Shown in pieces: positions 11,930 through 51,520 of a stretch of 64,000 nucleotides of DNA. Source of the stretch: Octopus sinensis (taxonomy: Eukaryota); NCBI RefSeq assembly GCF_006345805.1, contig NC_043009.1, positions 36,642,001 through 36,706,000 on the forward strand, read 5' to 3'. Positions within the stretch are counted from its first letter, which is position 1. Every line of letters starts with the position of its first letter. The notes under the pieces are model-generated. The model was not told where the DNA came from and did not search any database. It saw nothing but the letters and a program-made list of their open reading frames with translations. The position numbers and the translations under genes are program-made.

Positions 11930-12700
11930 AATTGCGGAAGTCCATCCGCCACTGGAAAACTACACATGTGAGTTTGTTTGTAAAAATTCTAAATACATTA
12001 TATCGATATTTTTTAATAAAATTATAGAAACGCTAAAACCGCATACTTACAACATTTCAAGAAATAAACTGTAGAAAGCTATTGACTGGATATAGGAAGA
12101 AAATCAACCTAATCCAGTTAGGAGAATCAACCAAAATTGAAAATCTATCAAAGCAGCAATTGCTGGTTGCCGTGTTGCACAGATCTGAGTGACGGGTTTG
12201 AGACGATAAAAGAGCATTAGACAGCAAAAGCTTGTAGCAACCATTACTAAGCCGTTCCTTCGTAGTACGGAAATGTAAGAGGTTTGTCAAGAAAATTGCT
12301 ATCACATAAACTAACGATTTGTTTTGTAGCAATGATTTCCAAAAAAAAAAAAAGTATTAATAAAAATAAATTTAATTAGGTTCGAAGTTGTAATCGCTGC
12401 GGCTGCAAAACATTTTCGATATTATTTATATTTTAGTGAAAGGAATTAAAGCCGCTACCGGTGTAATTTAGTAAAATGTTTATCTTGAAAATATAGGCAA
12501 AGAAATTATTACATAAGTTATAAGTTTAAGGTGCGAAACTGTAAGTCTCTCAGTCACTTATGTATCTTTGCTGCTGATAAGTAAAGATATATAAGTTGTG
12601 CATTTATAACTGGTATCAATTAATGGATATTCCTTAGCATCGCTACTTCCTCTATCGCATTTTTCTCACACGTGCTCTCTGGAAGCTTTTTCGCTTTACT
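11930..12700. promoter_or_regulatory. Putative bidirectional promoter shared by GTF2H1 (-) and UCKL1 (+)
   Basis: Divergent gene orientation and local CpG enrichment without repeats. ETS-like CGGAAGT 11935-11941, CGGAAAT about 12270 and ACTTCC about 12645; TATCGATA palindrome 12001-12008; E-box CACGTG 12669-12674. Confidence 0.6.
12051..12280 (-). other. GTF2H1: Putative non-coding first exon of GTF2H1
   Basis: Minus-strand donor GTT|GTAAGT at 12050. TE-free, CpG-bearing sequence with CATTTCCG/CGGAAAT near 12270. The coding exon at 2509 starts at an acceptor, so an upstream exon is required. TSS position is a guess. Confidence 0.5.
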
Positions 12701-12825
12701 TTCAAGTTTTTCTTTTTATTTTCACTTATTTAGTAACAATAAATCCTAGTACGGTTCTGTCAATTCCCATTTTATGAACACCACTTGACGATCTGATTCG
12801 CAAGCTCAAAGCCAGAAATATTTAG
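12640..12825 (+). other. UCKL1: Putative non-coding first exon of UCKL1
   Basis: Pyrimidine-rich leader ending in donor TTTAG|GTAAAG at 12826. The next exon (17031) begins at a strong acceptor 4 nt before the ATG. Contains a 4-codon uORF. TSS is approximate. Confidence 0.5.
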
Positions 12826-14576
12826 GTAAAGAATAGAAGTCATTTCCATCAAACTAAAGCCATACACTGGAAACAATGTTATCGATTGCTTTTGAGGAAT
12901 AATAATAATAATAACTGTTATCATAGCTAAATTTAAACATTATAACTCAAATTTTTAGATGATATTAATTACAGAATTACCATTCCTCCGCTTCTTACTC
13001 GCCTTCAATAATAACGAAAATATGAACATGCAGTTTCATTTATTATTAGAAATAAAGAGAATTCAGATTAAAGTCTTAGATATTTTAACTAATATCTAAT
13101 ATATATTATTTGGAATAAACTTGTTAAATATTCTTCGAATATTAGATTGGAACCGCTGATGTACAATTCATATTAGCAACGAACCGGCATTTCTTGATGA
13201 TCCTATCAATGAAAGGCAGACATAAATTGGAAAGTAAAACGCTTATTTTAAATTAGGCACAAAGCCAGTTTTTATTGGAGAAGGAATGTGTTCAACTGTT
13301 CAGCCCAGTATATGACTGGTATTGTCGAATCTCGGCTGGATTTGAGCTCAGAAAGTAGCAGGATGAATCGAAATAGTGAGGCATTTATTCCAGCATTTGT
13401 ACTTTTGTTTGTCAATTCCGTAACTGTTAAATTTCCTCCCTTGAATTACACTAGTTTCTCTCTGGCCTCACATCCAAGACTATAATGTCTGATGTGGTTT
13501 TTTTTTTAAAGATATTTGGGTGTGATATGAGACTATATGACTGCTATTTCTAGCAGACTGAGCGATCGCAGACATAGATTATCCTTTTATGTTCCTATGT
13601 AAACACCCCAATATCGACCTTGCTTTTCAAACCAATATATTGTTACCAGTCTTAAACTGCAAGCCTTGTCTTTAATCAAAGCAATTAACAAGTGAATGCT
13701 GGAGTGCAGGTGGTCAGCTTTAAGCATGTCCACTTCTCAGCGACTGAAGCCGTTTTTGCTTCACTTTCGTTGAAAAGAATGAACATCACGCTCTCATTTA
13801 TTCTGTTCTGTAATATAATAGTCCTTGACTGTAGAGAGAAAGATCTAATAATTAGTTTTCCCCCTTTAACCATTCTAGATTATAAAAAAATTCTTCTTAA
13901 ACTCTTTCAGTTATCCGCCTCAACTAATTTAAGAGATGAAACTTCTACGGGAACTGGCTGGTTTGTACAGATAAATAAATAAATAAATTAATTTATAATT
14001 TTAGAAGAAATTAAACTTTGAGATACTAATAGAACTGTACCACAATTGCTTTCTCTATATGCTGAATAAGAGCACTGAATATTATTTTTTTTATCTAATC
14101 ATTAAATTTCGCTGTAAAAGATATCATTGTAATTATAAATATTTTTTAATTTTTAAAGTGTAAATATTTAACAAATTTTTACTTTATGTGAAATTTACAA
14201 TGCTTGTATTTATTACACTTAAGTGCGGGACTACACATTTCGATCATGGAGGAAGACCACGCATACGACACGCTTAGCTCTGGCTCTGAGAGGTAAAACT
14301 ACTCGTATCTTTTGACCAATATCAACATAGGTTACACATTAAGCACGTATATACACAAATGTGTGTGTATATATATACATTTTCCCTCTCCATATTTTGA
14401 TGAGGTTTTAGGCCAACAGATTTAAGGTTTAACGATGCACCGTAAGGCCCGAATCCTTATGGACTAGAAACCCAGGGTAACCACATAAACCGGTCTCTCC
14501 CATTATAATGTTAACTGCTCTACATCTTAGAGTGTGCTTTTTCTCCAGATTTATTTTTTTCTACAAACGATATATG

Positions 14577-14621
<45 letters not shown>

Positions 14622-14640
14622 AACTATATATATATATATA

Positions 14641-14766
14641 GGAGGAGAGTTCACGAAAAAAACAAAGGACGAAGACAGGTGGTGTAGAAAACAAACAGAT
14701 GTATTAGTATAACGCTCAGGAATAGAAAAAAGTCTTTTACGTTTCCAGCCTACGCTCTTCTACAGA
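14641..14766 (-). mobile_element. Penelope-like pseudo-LTR fragment with degenerate hammerhead-like motif
   Basis: Minus strand CTGTAGA-A-GAGC-GTAG-GCTG-GAAA-CG-TA-AAAGA has the layout of PLE-associated minimal hammerheads; flanked by (TA)n. Confidence 0.5.
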
Positions 14767-14773
14767 ATATATA

Positions 14774-14822
<49 letters not shown>

Positions 14823-14841
14823 ATATATGTATATATATAGA

Positions 14842-15082
14842 AGAAAAAAGGTGTTCAGAATGCTGGATGGTTGTAAAAATATATATTTATTTACATATCA
14901 CATATTATTTCTTCATATTAGCGTTTTCAACTACTCCTGTAGTTTCATCAGAAAGATTTTCAGAAAATGTCTCTGATGAAACTACAGGAGTAGTTGAAAG
15001 CGCTAATATGAAGAAATAATATGTGATATGTAAATAAATATATATTTTTACAACCATCCAGCATTCTGAACACTTTTTTTCT
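14842..15082. repeat. 241-bp near-perfect palindrome centred at 14962 (inverted Penelope-like pLTR)
   Basis: Arms 14842-14961 and 14963-15082 are reverse complements with about 4 mismatches (two are G-U compatible). Confidence 0.95.
14968..15010 (+). ncRNA. Candidate minimal type I hammerhead ribozyme (canonical core, weak helix I)
   Basis: CUGAUGA 14973-79; helix II AACUAC/AGGA/GUAGUU; GAAA 14996-99; palindromic helix III AGCGCU; CUA triplet, predicted cut after 15005. Confidence 0.6.
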
Positions 15083-16274
15083 TTCATATGTATTAAATCT
15101 GTACATCACCCCCAATACTTCTAACATATTAGATTTACACTACGTTAACGAAACCGTTGCAAAATGAGTAAGCTAAGATAAGGTAAATTTGCTACTTCAG
15201 TTCTCCGATGTCAATATCCACCCTTAGACAGTAGAAAGATCAGAAGTGCAAAACAATTTTAAATATCTTGGTGAAATGAAAGAGGATCTGGGAAAAAATG
15301 ACGATATGAAATTAACGAAACTCGATTAAATAAAAAAAACCCAACATGAAATATTCTCCATAGCTTCTTCACAATCTACTGGAGTCTCTCTCCGTCATAT
15401 ATTTACACACCATTCAGTTAAAGAGAAAAAAAATATTGAAATTAATCATTACTCTTTTACCCCATTTCAGACATTTTTTTGAAAGTTGAAAATTATCAAA
15501 AAATTGACTTGGAATCCAACAGAGAAAAGAATATTGATTATTAAACAGCAAAAATTACCCAGGTATTTTATTTAGCACCCACAATTACAATCGGATCAAA
15601 GTTGAGGGAAAATTTCTTAAAAAAAAAAAAGACTACCTGTCACCTGAATATGTTCTTGGACTCTCTCAACAACAACATCTATGCTGACCAATTTTTACTC
15701 TTAAAGATGATGCAATAATACTAAAATGATGATGCAATGTAATTATTTCAAATGAGAAAACGCGAAATCCGAAATTACTCATTTTACCCCTCCGTATATA
15801 TATATATAATGGGCTTTTAGTTTACGTCTATCCATACACAAGGCTTTGGTCGGCTGGAAGTTGTAGTAGAAGTTATTTACCCAAGGTGTCATGTAGTATG
15901 ACTGAATCCAGAGCCATGTGGATGGGAAGCAAACTTATTACACAGCCACACCCCTAGTTATGAGGATATTTTTAAATGAAATATTTTACAAATACACTTC
16001 AGATGATGTAGATTCCTATTATATACGAAAATTTCTTTTCTGTAAGTGGAGCAAGGAGTTTTGGAAATTAAGCACGAGTCAGCTTTGTTTCCTCATAACT
16101 TTCAGAAAAAATGGTTATTGTTTTATGGAATTTTCTATAAATACCTTTCAGAGTGTGTAAAAATTGCAATTATATTGTTATTCAATATGATATAAAATAA
16201 TTGAGCACACACACAAACAGAGGCATATTGCAATTTTTTGTTAAATTTCTAGTTTCATTTTGTAGGTATACTCT

Positions 16275-16590
16275 TTTTACTCGTTTCAGTCATTTGACTA
16301 TGGCCATGCTGGAACAACACCTTTAGTTGAACAAATCGACCCCAGGACTTATTCTTTGTAAACCTAGTACTAACTCTATCGGAATCTTCTGGCTGAACTG
16401 ATAAGTTATGGGGATGTAAATATACCAACATCGGTTGTCAAGCGATGGTTGGGGAGACAAACACAGATACACAAATACATACATACATACATATACATAT
16501 GACGGGCTTCTTACTGTTTCTGTCTACCAAATACACTCACAAGGCTTTGGTCTGCCTGAGGCTATAGTAAAAGACACTTGTCCAGAACTG
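16275..16590 (-). mobile_element. CORE-type SINE
   Basis: Starts with tail TACTCTTTTTACTCGTTTCAGTC; reverse complement of the 27030 copy, 5'-eroded. Confidence 0.8.
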
Positions 16591-17034
16591 TACAAGCTCT
16601 CTTTCCCTTGGCAAGGCAAACAAATCTTTTCAACTTTGCATCATCTTTACTCAAATTGCCAACAATTTTACAGAGTGCAGAAGCCCCATTGAAGTCACCT
16701 TGTCACTTGCATGATTAAAGAGCTTCCATCATTGAAAGGAAGACTATAAGAGTGAGTGACAGAGTGTGTGTACATAATATTAGAAGATCAGATATTGATG
16801 AGAGAGAGCGACATAAGACCTGGTTATTGAATAAATCATAGTATATAACTATGGCTTATTTTATAAAATGATATCTAGAGGAAGGAAAGTCAATGTTGTT
16901 TTTGGTAATCTTCAATTCTAGAACTGAGTTATTGAATTATATAATTCAGTAAAGCAAACTTTCTATCAGTTATGCAAGTAGTTTATTGATCTCCAATTCA
17001 TTTTTCACATCTCACCCTTTAATATTGCAGTGGT

Positions 17035-45253
<28,219 letters not shown>

Positions 45254-45654
45254 TCTACGATTATAACTTGAAAAAAATAATTTGGATGGTAGTATATTTT
45301 CGTTGGTGCTACATTTTGGTTGGTACCATGCTTTGGTGCAATGCAAATCCTTCACCGGATTTTCTATTTTCCATAAGAATTTGACAGTTTATGTTATTGT
45401 GTCAAGAAAAATTATACTATATAGAACTGCATGATGCATGTCAAAAGAACAGAATGATTATGTAACGTATGTGTGGGTGTGCATTGTAATATGCATGTGT
45501 GTGTGTGTATATATATATATATAAAATATGAATGTGTGTGTGTTCACTTGACCAGTGTAACAAACTGTTACTATCTTGCTTCTCGCACAAAGACTGTACA
45601 TATTTGCCAGGGTTTAAGAGCTATTCTTCAAAATAACCTATTACTGGAAATTGA

Positions 45655-45660
45655 AATAAA
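45655..45660 (+). terminator. Candidate polyadenylation signal of UCKL1
   Basis: AATAAA about 400 nt after the stop in an AT-rich, repeat-free 3' region; other sites are possible. Confidence 0.3.
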
Positions 45661-47329
45661 TGTCAATGCTATGTTATTTAGGGCACTACTGTAAAACCAA
45701 AAGTCTATTTGTCATCAGGATGGCAAGTATATTAAGACCTGTTTCTGACTTCTGACCCATTCCTCAGTTTTGTATCTTAAAAAAATATCCATTTTCTTTA
45801 TAATTAAAAACTTATACAGGTAATATATACATAAATATATATAAAATTTTACACAGTACAGCTGTAAATTATAAACTAAAGAATGTTTATTGCTCTGAAA
45901 TTTAGTCAAAGCCAATTCTGTTTTGTTTATGTACTTCTAATGCTTCCAAGAAAGGCATAAATGTTACACAATCTCTTTCTATCTCCTCTAAATGTGTAGC
46001 CCTTTGACCAAAATAAGAAGTTGTCCAGTTTTGGATTGTTTGTAAATGTTTTTGTGAGAAGAAAGATTTTGTTTTGATCATCAACTATTAAATTATATAC
46101 ATTTAATATACTGGAAATTATATGTACATAATGAATAGGGAATTATCCACAGCTAATATATATATGGAATTGTATACAGGTAATATATAAGGGAATTTAT
46201 ATACATGTCATATGTAGTATGTTATGCAAGCATCATTTATATGTTGAGAGAGTTCATGCAATTGTATGTTCTGTCACAAAAATGTTATTGGAGGTGAGTG
46301 ATCACAGTGAAACTTTTGTTCATCTCAGGGGAGCAGAGAACCTCTTTTTTATTGACTTCAATTTGGGGCATATTGTATTGTAGCAAAATGACAAATGTAT
46401 TTCCTTAAAGCTCTCCTTATTTGCTGTTGTTGCATTAAAGATTTTGTCGATTGTTAGTGTTGTTAGTTGCTGTTCTGATAGCAGTTACGGGATTCCTGAC
46501 ATTTTACATTTTTACAATAGTTGGAAGTCAGTTCAACATGCAATACTAGTTCAAGATGTCTGTGAGTTCTTTCAATTCCATCATCTTTCAGTTAATCTTC
46601 AGACAGTATTTCCATTATCTGTATTTCTATACTGTTAACATTGAACAACAACTTGAGTTGTTCTGAAGGGGTTTGGGAAGTAAATTCCAAAAAGGGAGAT
46701 GTTTGTTTAATTCAAGACTTCCTGCTTTTTTCTCTTTTGAGTTCAGCATTGTTTGTGCTACCTCTAATTAGCCAATGAGTTGTGGATAAGTTCTGCAACG
46801 GACAATCATCATCATAGTTACCACTTTATGTCCAATTTTCCATACTGGCATGGGTTAGAGAAGTGTAGCTGTGTAGAGAAGTGTAGCTGTGTTTTGTAGT
46901 TGGAGACCCTTCTTTGCACCAACTCTTGTAGTCATCTCTATATTCTGGGGCATATTGTACAACTGAGATACACCATTACAATTAAACTCATACTGCTCAG
47001 GATATTCTTATTCTATCAGTGTATAAATATTTCATATATTTTGAGCATTAATTTATTAATTTGCCTTCTTGGTTGTGAGTCACGTCCTTATGTAATAACT
47101 TCATTGTCCCACATTAAACAATGTATGTGTGTATACACACATGATGGCTATACACTCATGATCAAAGAAGATCATCATTGACCATTGAGAAAACTGTGCA
47201 CTCAGACAGAATTTTACTTTACATATGCAGCTTTGCTGGCGACTAATGATTCCAGTTCTTGATAGACATATATACCTGTGATCATGTTCAGGTTTTTGTC
47301 ATGAAATTGGAATACAAAACTTCCCCCAT

Positions 47330-48215
47330 TCTCCTCACCTTAGTTCAGCATGCATAGTGTGTGTTTGTTAAAAAATTTCTACTCTTTCCTCCACTCATTT
47401 CCTCTGTTGGTGGCAATGATAAACATTACTTGCCTAATTGACCTCCCCATATTTTACATGCCTTCAATGAGGACTTTATACAATCCTTAAACCATAGGCT
47501 TGGTTTCTGCTGGGAGTGTTTTCCACAAACGAGTTCACCTATAGTATTTGCTTAGAAATCCTCTGATCACTCATTTGAACAAAGTGTCCAGTCCAGTGTA
47601 ATCGGTGCCTGAGCACCATCATCTCGATGTTCAGGCTGTCAACTCCCCTGAAGAGCTCATGTGTCTGGAGACCACCTGAACCAGCCAATGTTAAGAATGT
47701 GTCTCAGACATCTCTGATGGAAGCATTCAAGGATCCTTACATGATACCTGTAAAGGGTTTGTGTCTCACAAGAGTAGTGATGTCAGCTCACATTCATGAT
47801 ACACAACAACTATTGTTTGCCTTGTGATTCTATGTTGGTACCAAACACGAGACTCAAGAGCCCTGAAGGAATCAGTTGCCTTCTGAAACTTTAAAGATAT
47901 TTCATCATCCAAGGAGCAATAATGTCTGAGTGTGCTGTATGTACACTTGTCTGCCACTTTCAGTATTGTTCCTTCAACGAAGATAAATGGTCTCACATAT
48001 GACTTTTCTGGTGCAGGTGGGAACATTATAACAGTCTTGTCTGAGGTAATACTGAATCCAAATGCCTTTCAAGATGCAGAAATATGATCTATGAGAATTT
48101 GCATATCTTTAGCCGTATGGGCAACTAATTTGCAATCATCTGCATAAAGGTCATGAATAAAAGACTGAATACCTTTCAAATAGGCAGTAAATTGATGCAA
48201 GTTGAAGAGATGATT
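47330..48215 (-). mobile_element. Decayed RTE (BovB-like clade) RT C-terminal half
   Basis: DLYADDCKLVAHT, CSLDDEISLKFQKATDSFRALESRVW.QH.IT.QT, QILYGELVCGK. Confidence 0.85.
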
Positions 48216-48846
48216 AGAAATTCAGTCTCTCATATATATCTTAGAGGAGCAATCCACAGCAAAAGCATGACTGAGAGTAGCAGCAAAATATAAAGGAAAA
48301 GAGTGTTGGGGCAAATATATATATAGTAAAGAGTCTTGTTGAAGAGATTTTTCCCCATGTGGTGAGTTGTAAGAAAAATTATAACAAAAGAAGGAAAATG
48401 CACACAATTTATATATTTTTTATATATCTTATAAAGTAGAATATTTATATAGTCTACTAGTTTCATGTTTTGTTAATCACAACTGGGAAATTGGTGAAAA
48501 CATTGCAAATTCATAGTATCTTAAGACGTTTTTAGTTCATGTTGTTTTCATGAGTCCTTGTAAATGAACCACCATGTAAATAAATCTAAGGGAAGGTAAT
48601 TGGTGATTGTTAATTATTCGAGACAGGGGAGGTAATTGCACTTTTTGCAGCGTACACTTTTGGGAGATTAAATTTACAGTGATTATATTATGAAGTTAAA
48701 AATTGATGAGTTGAAGTAATGAAATAAAATATATACAAAGTTGGTTATGCGTTCATGAATTAAAATATTCACGAAATCCAGAATTGGTTATATGTTCATA
48801 TTCAGGTGTGGTTTGTATTTTTTAATAAATATATTCTCTTTATTTA

Positions 48847-51520
48847 CCGTATTTTGTGGCATATAAGATGCACCAGCATATAGGACACACCTTAAAATTA
48901 ACATGGAGTATGTAATTAACATGGAAAATGTAATTATATGTAAGAGGAATTTATGGCTTTTTTCCATAGGATGAATGGACACATGCAGTGTCACAATAGG
49001 GGACAGGGTCCACATAAACGGTTAGCCAGTGCAAGGGTTAGTCTAAGTAAGGCTTAGGACAAACAGCCAAAATAAGGGTTAGTGACATGCTTAGTGGCAT
49101 GGTGGAGGTCACAGAAGTGGTGTGGTCTGAACAGTTTATATTGTTTGCTACCCAAAACAAAAATTGTACAGCGACTGGTTACTGCTTAATTCACACCTGT
49201 ATACCTTGGAAAAGTACTGGGTATTATGTAAGTTTTCCTATGGCTTCACTGATTTATCATTGCATCAGTTTTGTGAAACATTTAAAATATTTCAGAATAT
49301 CCTAGTACGCCCTGTGCCCTCAGTGCTTGGCCCAAGGCTGACTTTGTCGTAGTGCATGTCATTTACTCACTAAACCATATCTTTTATTACTGTTAAGTTC
49401 CTTTACGTTGTCTCTTATGTATTTTAAAAGGCTTGGCACACATTTTTTGGCCTTACCCTCAATGAAGATGAATAAAATTACGGTTAGGTGAATTTTGTAG
49501 GGCCTGCTTCAGCGATAGGCCTGAGACTGAGTTCAGTCCATGTCTGCTGTGAAACCTTATATTTAAGGTTATTTGTGTACCAGAACATCAGTGAACACAG
49601 ATTACGGTATCTGTACTGTATTATTGGGTAGAGTGCCAGGATGCAACAACGAATTGTTTTGAATGTTTGATTGTGAGCCATACCTTTACTGTCTGTCAAT
49701 GTCTTGACTCTGATATGGCCGTGACCTCAGCTTCATTGTTCATTACTTTATTTTCTGATATTTACCGTACCACTTTCATAATTTTTTTTATCTATTTTTT
49801 TTATATTGTTAACTTTCTTCATTACTGCCACTATTTGTAAAATGAAAACCTTCCTGGTTGTGTTTCTACTGCAAGTGTTTGCAATGAATGCCAGGTAATG
49901 CAATGGCCAAAGCTTCATCTGCACAGTTCGTTATTTTTTTGCACTGATATTTATCAAACATCTTTTATCAGTGTTTGTTATATTTTAATTTTTTTTATAT
50001 TAACATTCTTTGCTATTGCTACTTTATTTGTAAGAAGAAATCTTATCAAAACCCGCCAGTACATAATAACCAAAATATTAAGATACAATAAACTCATTAG
50101 TAATGTTTGACCCCACTTCAAATCCTAAAAGGTTATGACTGCTGTCATTCTCATTCAGTTCCTGGCTGTCATTTTCCTTAAGTTCCTGGAATTCATCAGC
50201 TTCCTTGCATTCCTCAGAGGAGTTGTTGTTTTCTGAATCAGATGTGTCATTATTGTTATATAAAAAAAATCATCTTCAGTGCCATCTAGGGTTCTGCTGA
50301 TACCACATTTTTTGAAATCGTTTATAATTCTTTCAGTTTTTTACTGCTTCCCGCGAATTTTTCACCCAGTGGGCTACCTAGGAAAATGTAGGCTTCTTCA
50401 TACAGCCTGCTGGTGTCAGTTCATGTTGCAGGACCTGCATCCAGTTATCCCACTCCTCTCTCATGTGTCCCTTGAAAGACTTGTTTATCTAGGGGTTGTA
50501 ATTGGAAAGTCAATCCACCAGGTATGACAGCTAGTTCTGTGTTGAAGTTCTTTGCTCTCCTTACTGTACTCTCAGTTGCATGTGCATGAAATTGGTCCCA
50601 AACTAGAAGGGATGGTGTTTTGCATAAAGTACCAGGACACCTTGACCATACTTTTTCTAACGATAACTTTATATCATTTTGGTCCATCCACCCTTTAGGG
50701 TGGACGTGAAGAACAACTCCTGATGGAAAATGTTCCTTTGAAAGTGTTTTTCTTTTAAATATTAAAAGTGGTGGTAGTTTCATGCCATCTGCGCAATATG
50801 CCAATATTATGGTGTGTTGTATTTTTCATGTCCTGTTTTAATAGTAACTGTTTTACTACCTTTAGCATCTATAGTCCTGTTTGAGGGAATATCAGATATC
50901 AGTAGCACCTTGTCCATATTTGCAATATGACACAGCTCGTAGTTGCTATGTTGTCTTGCATCTATCACAGGTCGGTGAAATTCCAGTATCTTCTTTCCAT
51001 ATTCTGGCATTTTCTGCACTATCCTTGTTTTCATACACAAAACCAATCCGTTTCTTTTCATGAAACGAAAAGACCGGCTTGCACAGCTACTGAAATCATA
51101 ATCACCTCTTGCAGCTGCCGTAACTTCAGCTTGAAAAATTATGGCTTTGGTTGACACAACTATACCTTTGTTCTGGTTATCTGTAACCCAGGTTTTCAAC
51201 TCATTTTGAAGCTCAGGTCATTTGCATTTGGTTTCCACAGGTCATGGCTTCCATTTTTCAGCCTGTTGTTGTTCATCCTCCTATTTTCTCTACAACCGTA
51301 CCATTTTATCCATTGGACGTGGTCCAAAATGTCTAGCAGCCACTCTGTTACTGTGTTTCTTGGCATATGCTATCACTTGCAATTTGTAGCCAATAGTGTA
51401 ACTATGCCTTTTCTTGTGACTACATTCTATTAGAGTATTGATGTTTTGAAAATTTTAAGAAGTGAATATTAGTAACATAAAGTGGGGCAAAATGTATTGT
51501 TATACACTATTACCATACAG
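48847..51520 (-). mobile_element. Full-length degenerate pogo-superfamily transposon (Passer/POGK-like, DD35D), about 2.67 kb
   Basis: Brinker-type DBD (KKRHSYTIGYKLQVIAYAKKHSNRVAARHFG), Tc5-type HTH, NMD / VWD-35aa-QPLD catalytic triad, FKKCGIS.LDGTEDD C-terminus. TA+CCGTATTTTGTGGCATATAAGATGCACC left TIR; eroded right TIR ending CAG+TA at 51520. Confidence 0.88.

Noticed and set aside
12057-12332. 91-aa minus-strand ORF over the promoter
   Set aside because: No recognisable homology; overlaps the predicted non-coding GTF2H1 exon 1 and TSS region.
46330-46780. Coding-looking minus-strand segment with acceptor and AATAAA
   Set aside because: Stops in all frames within about 45 codons and no homology recognised; insufficient support for an exon.
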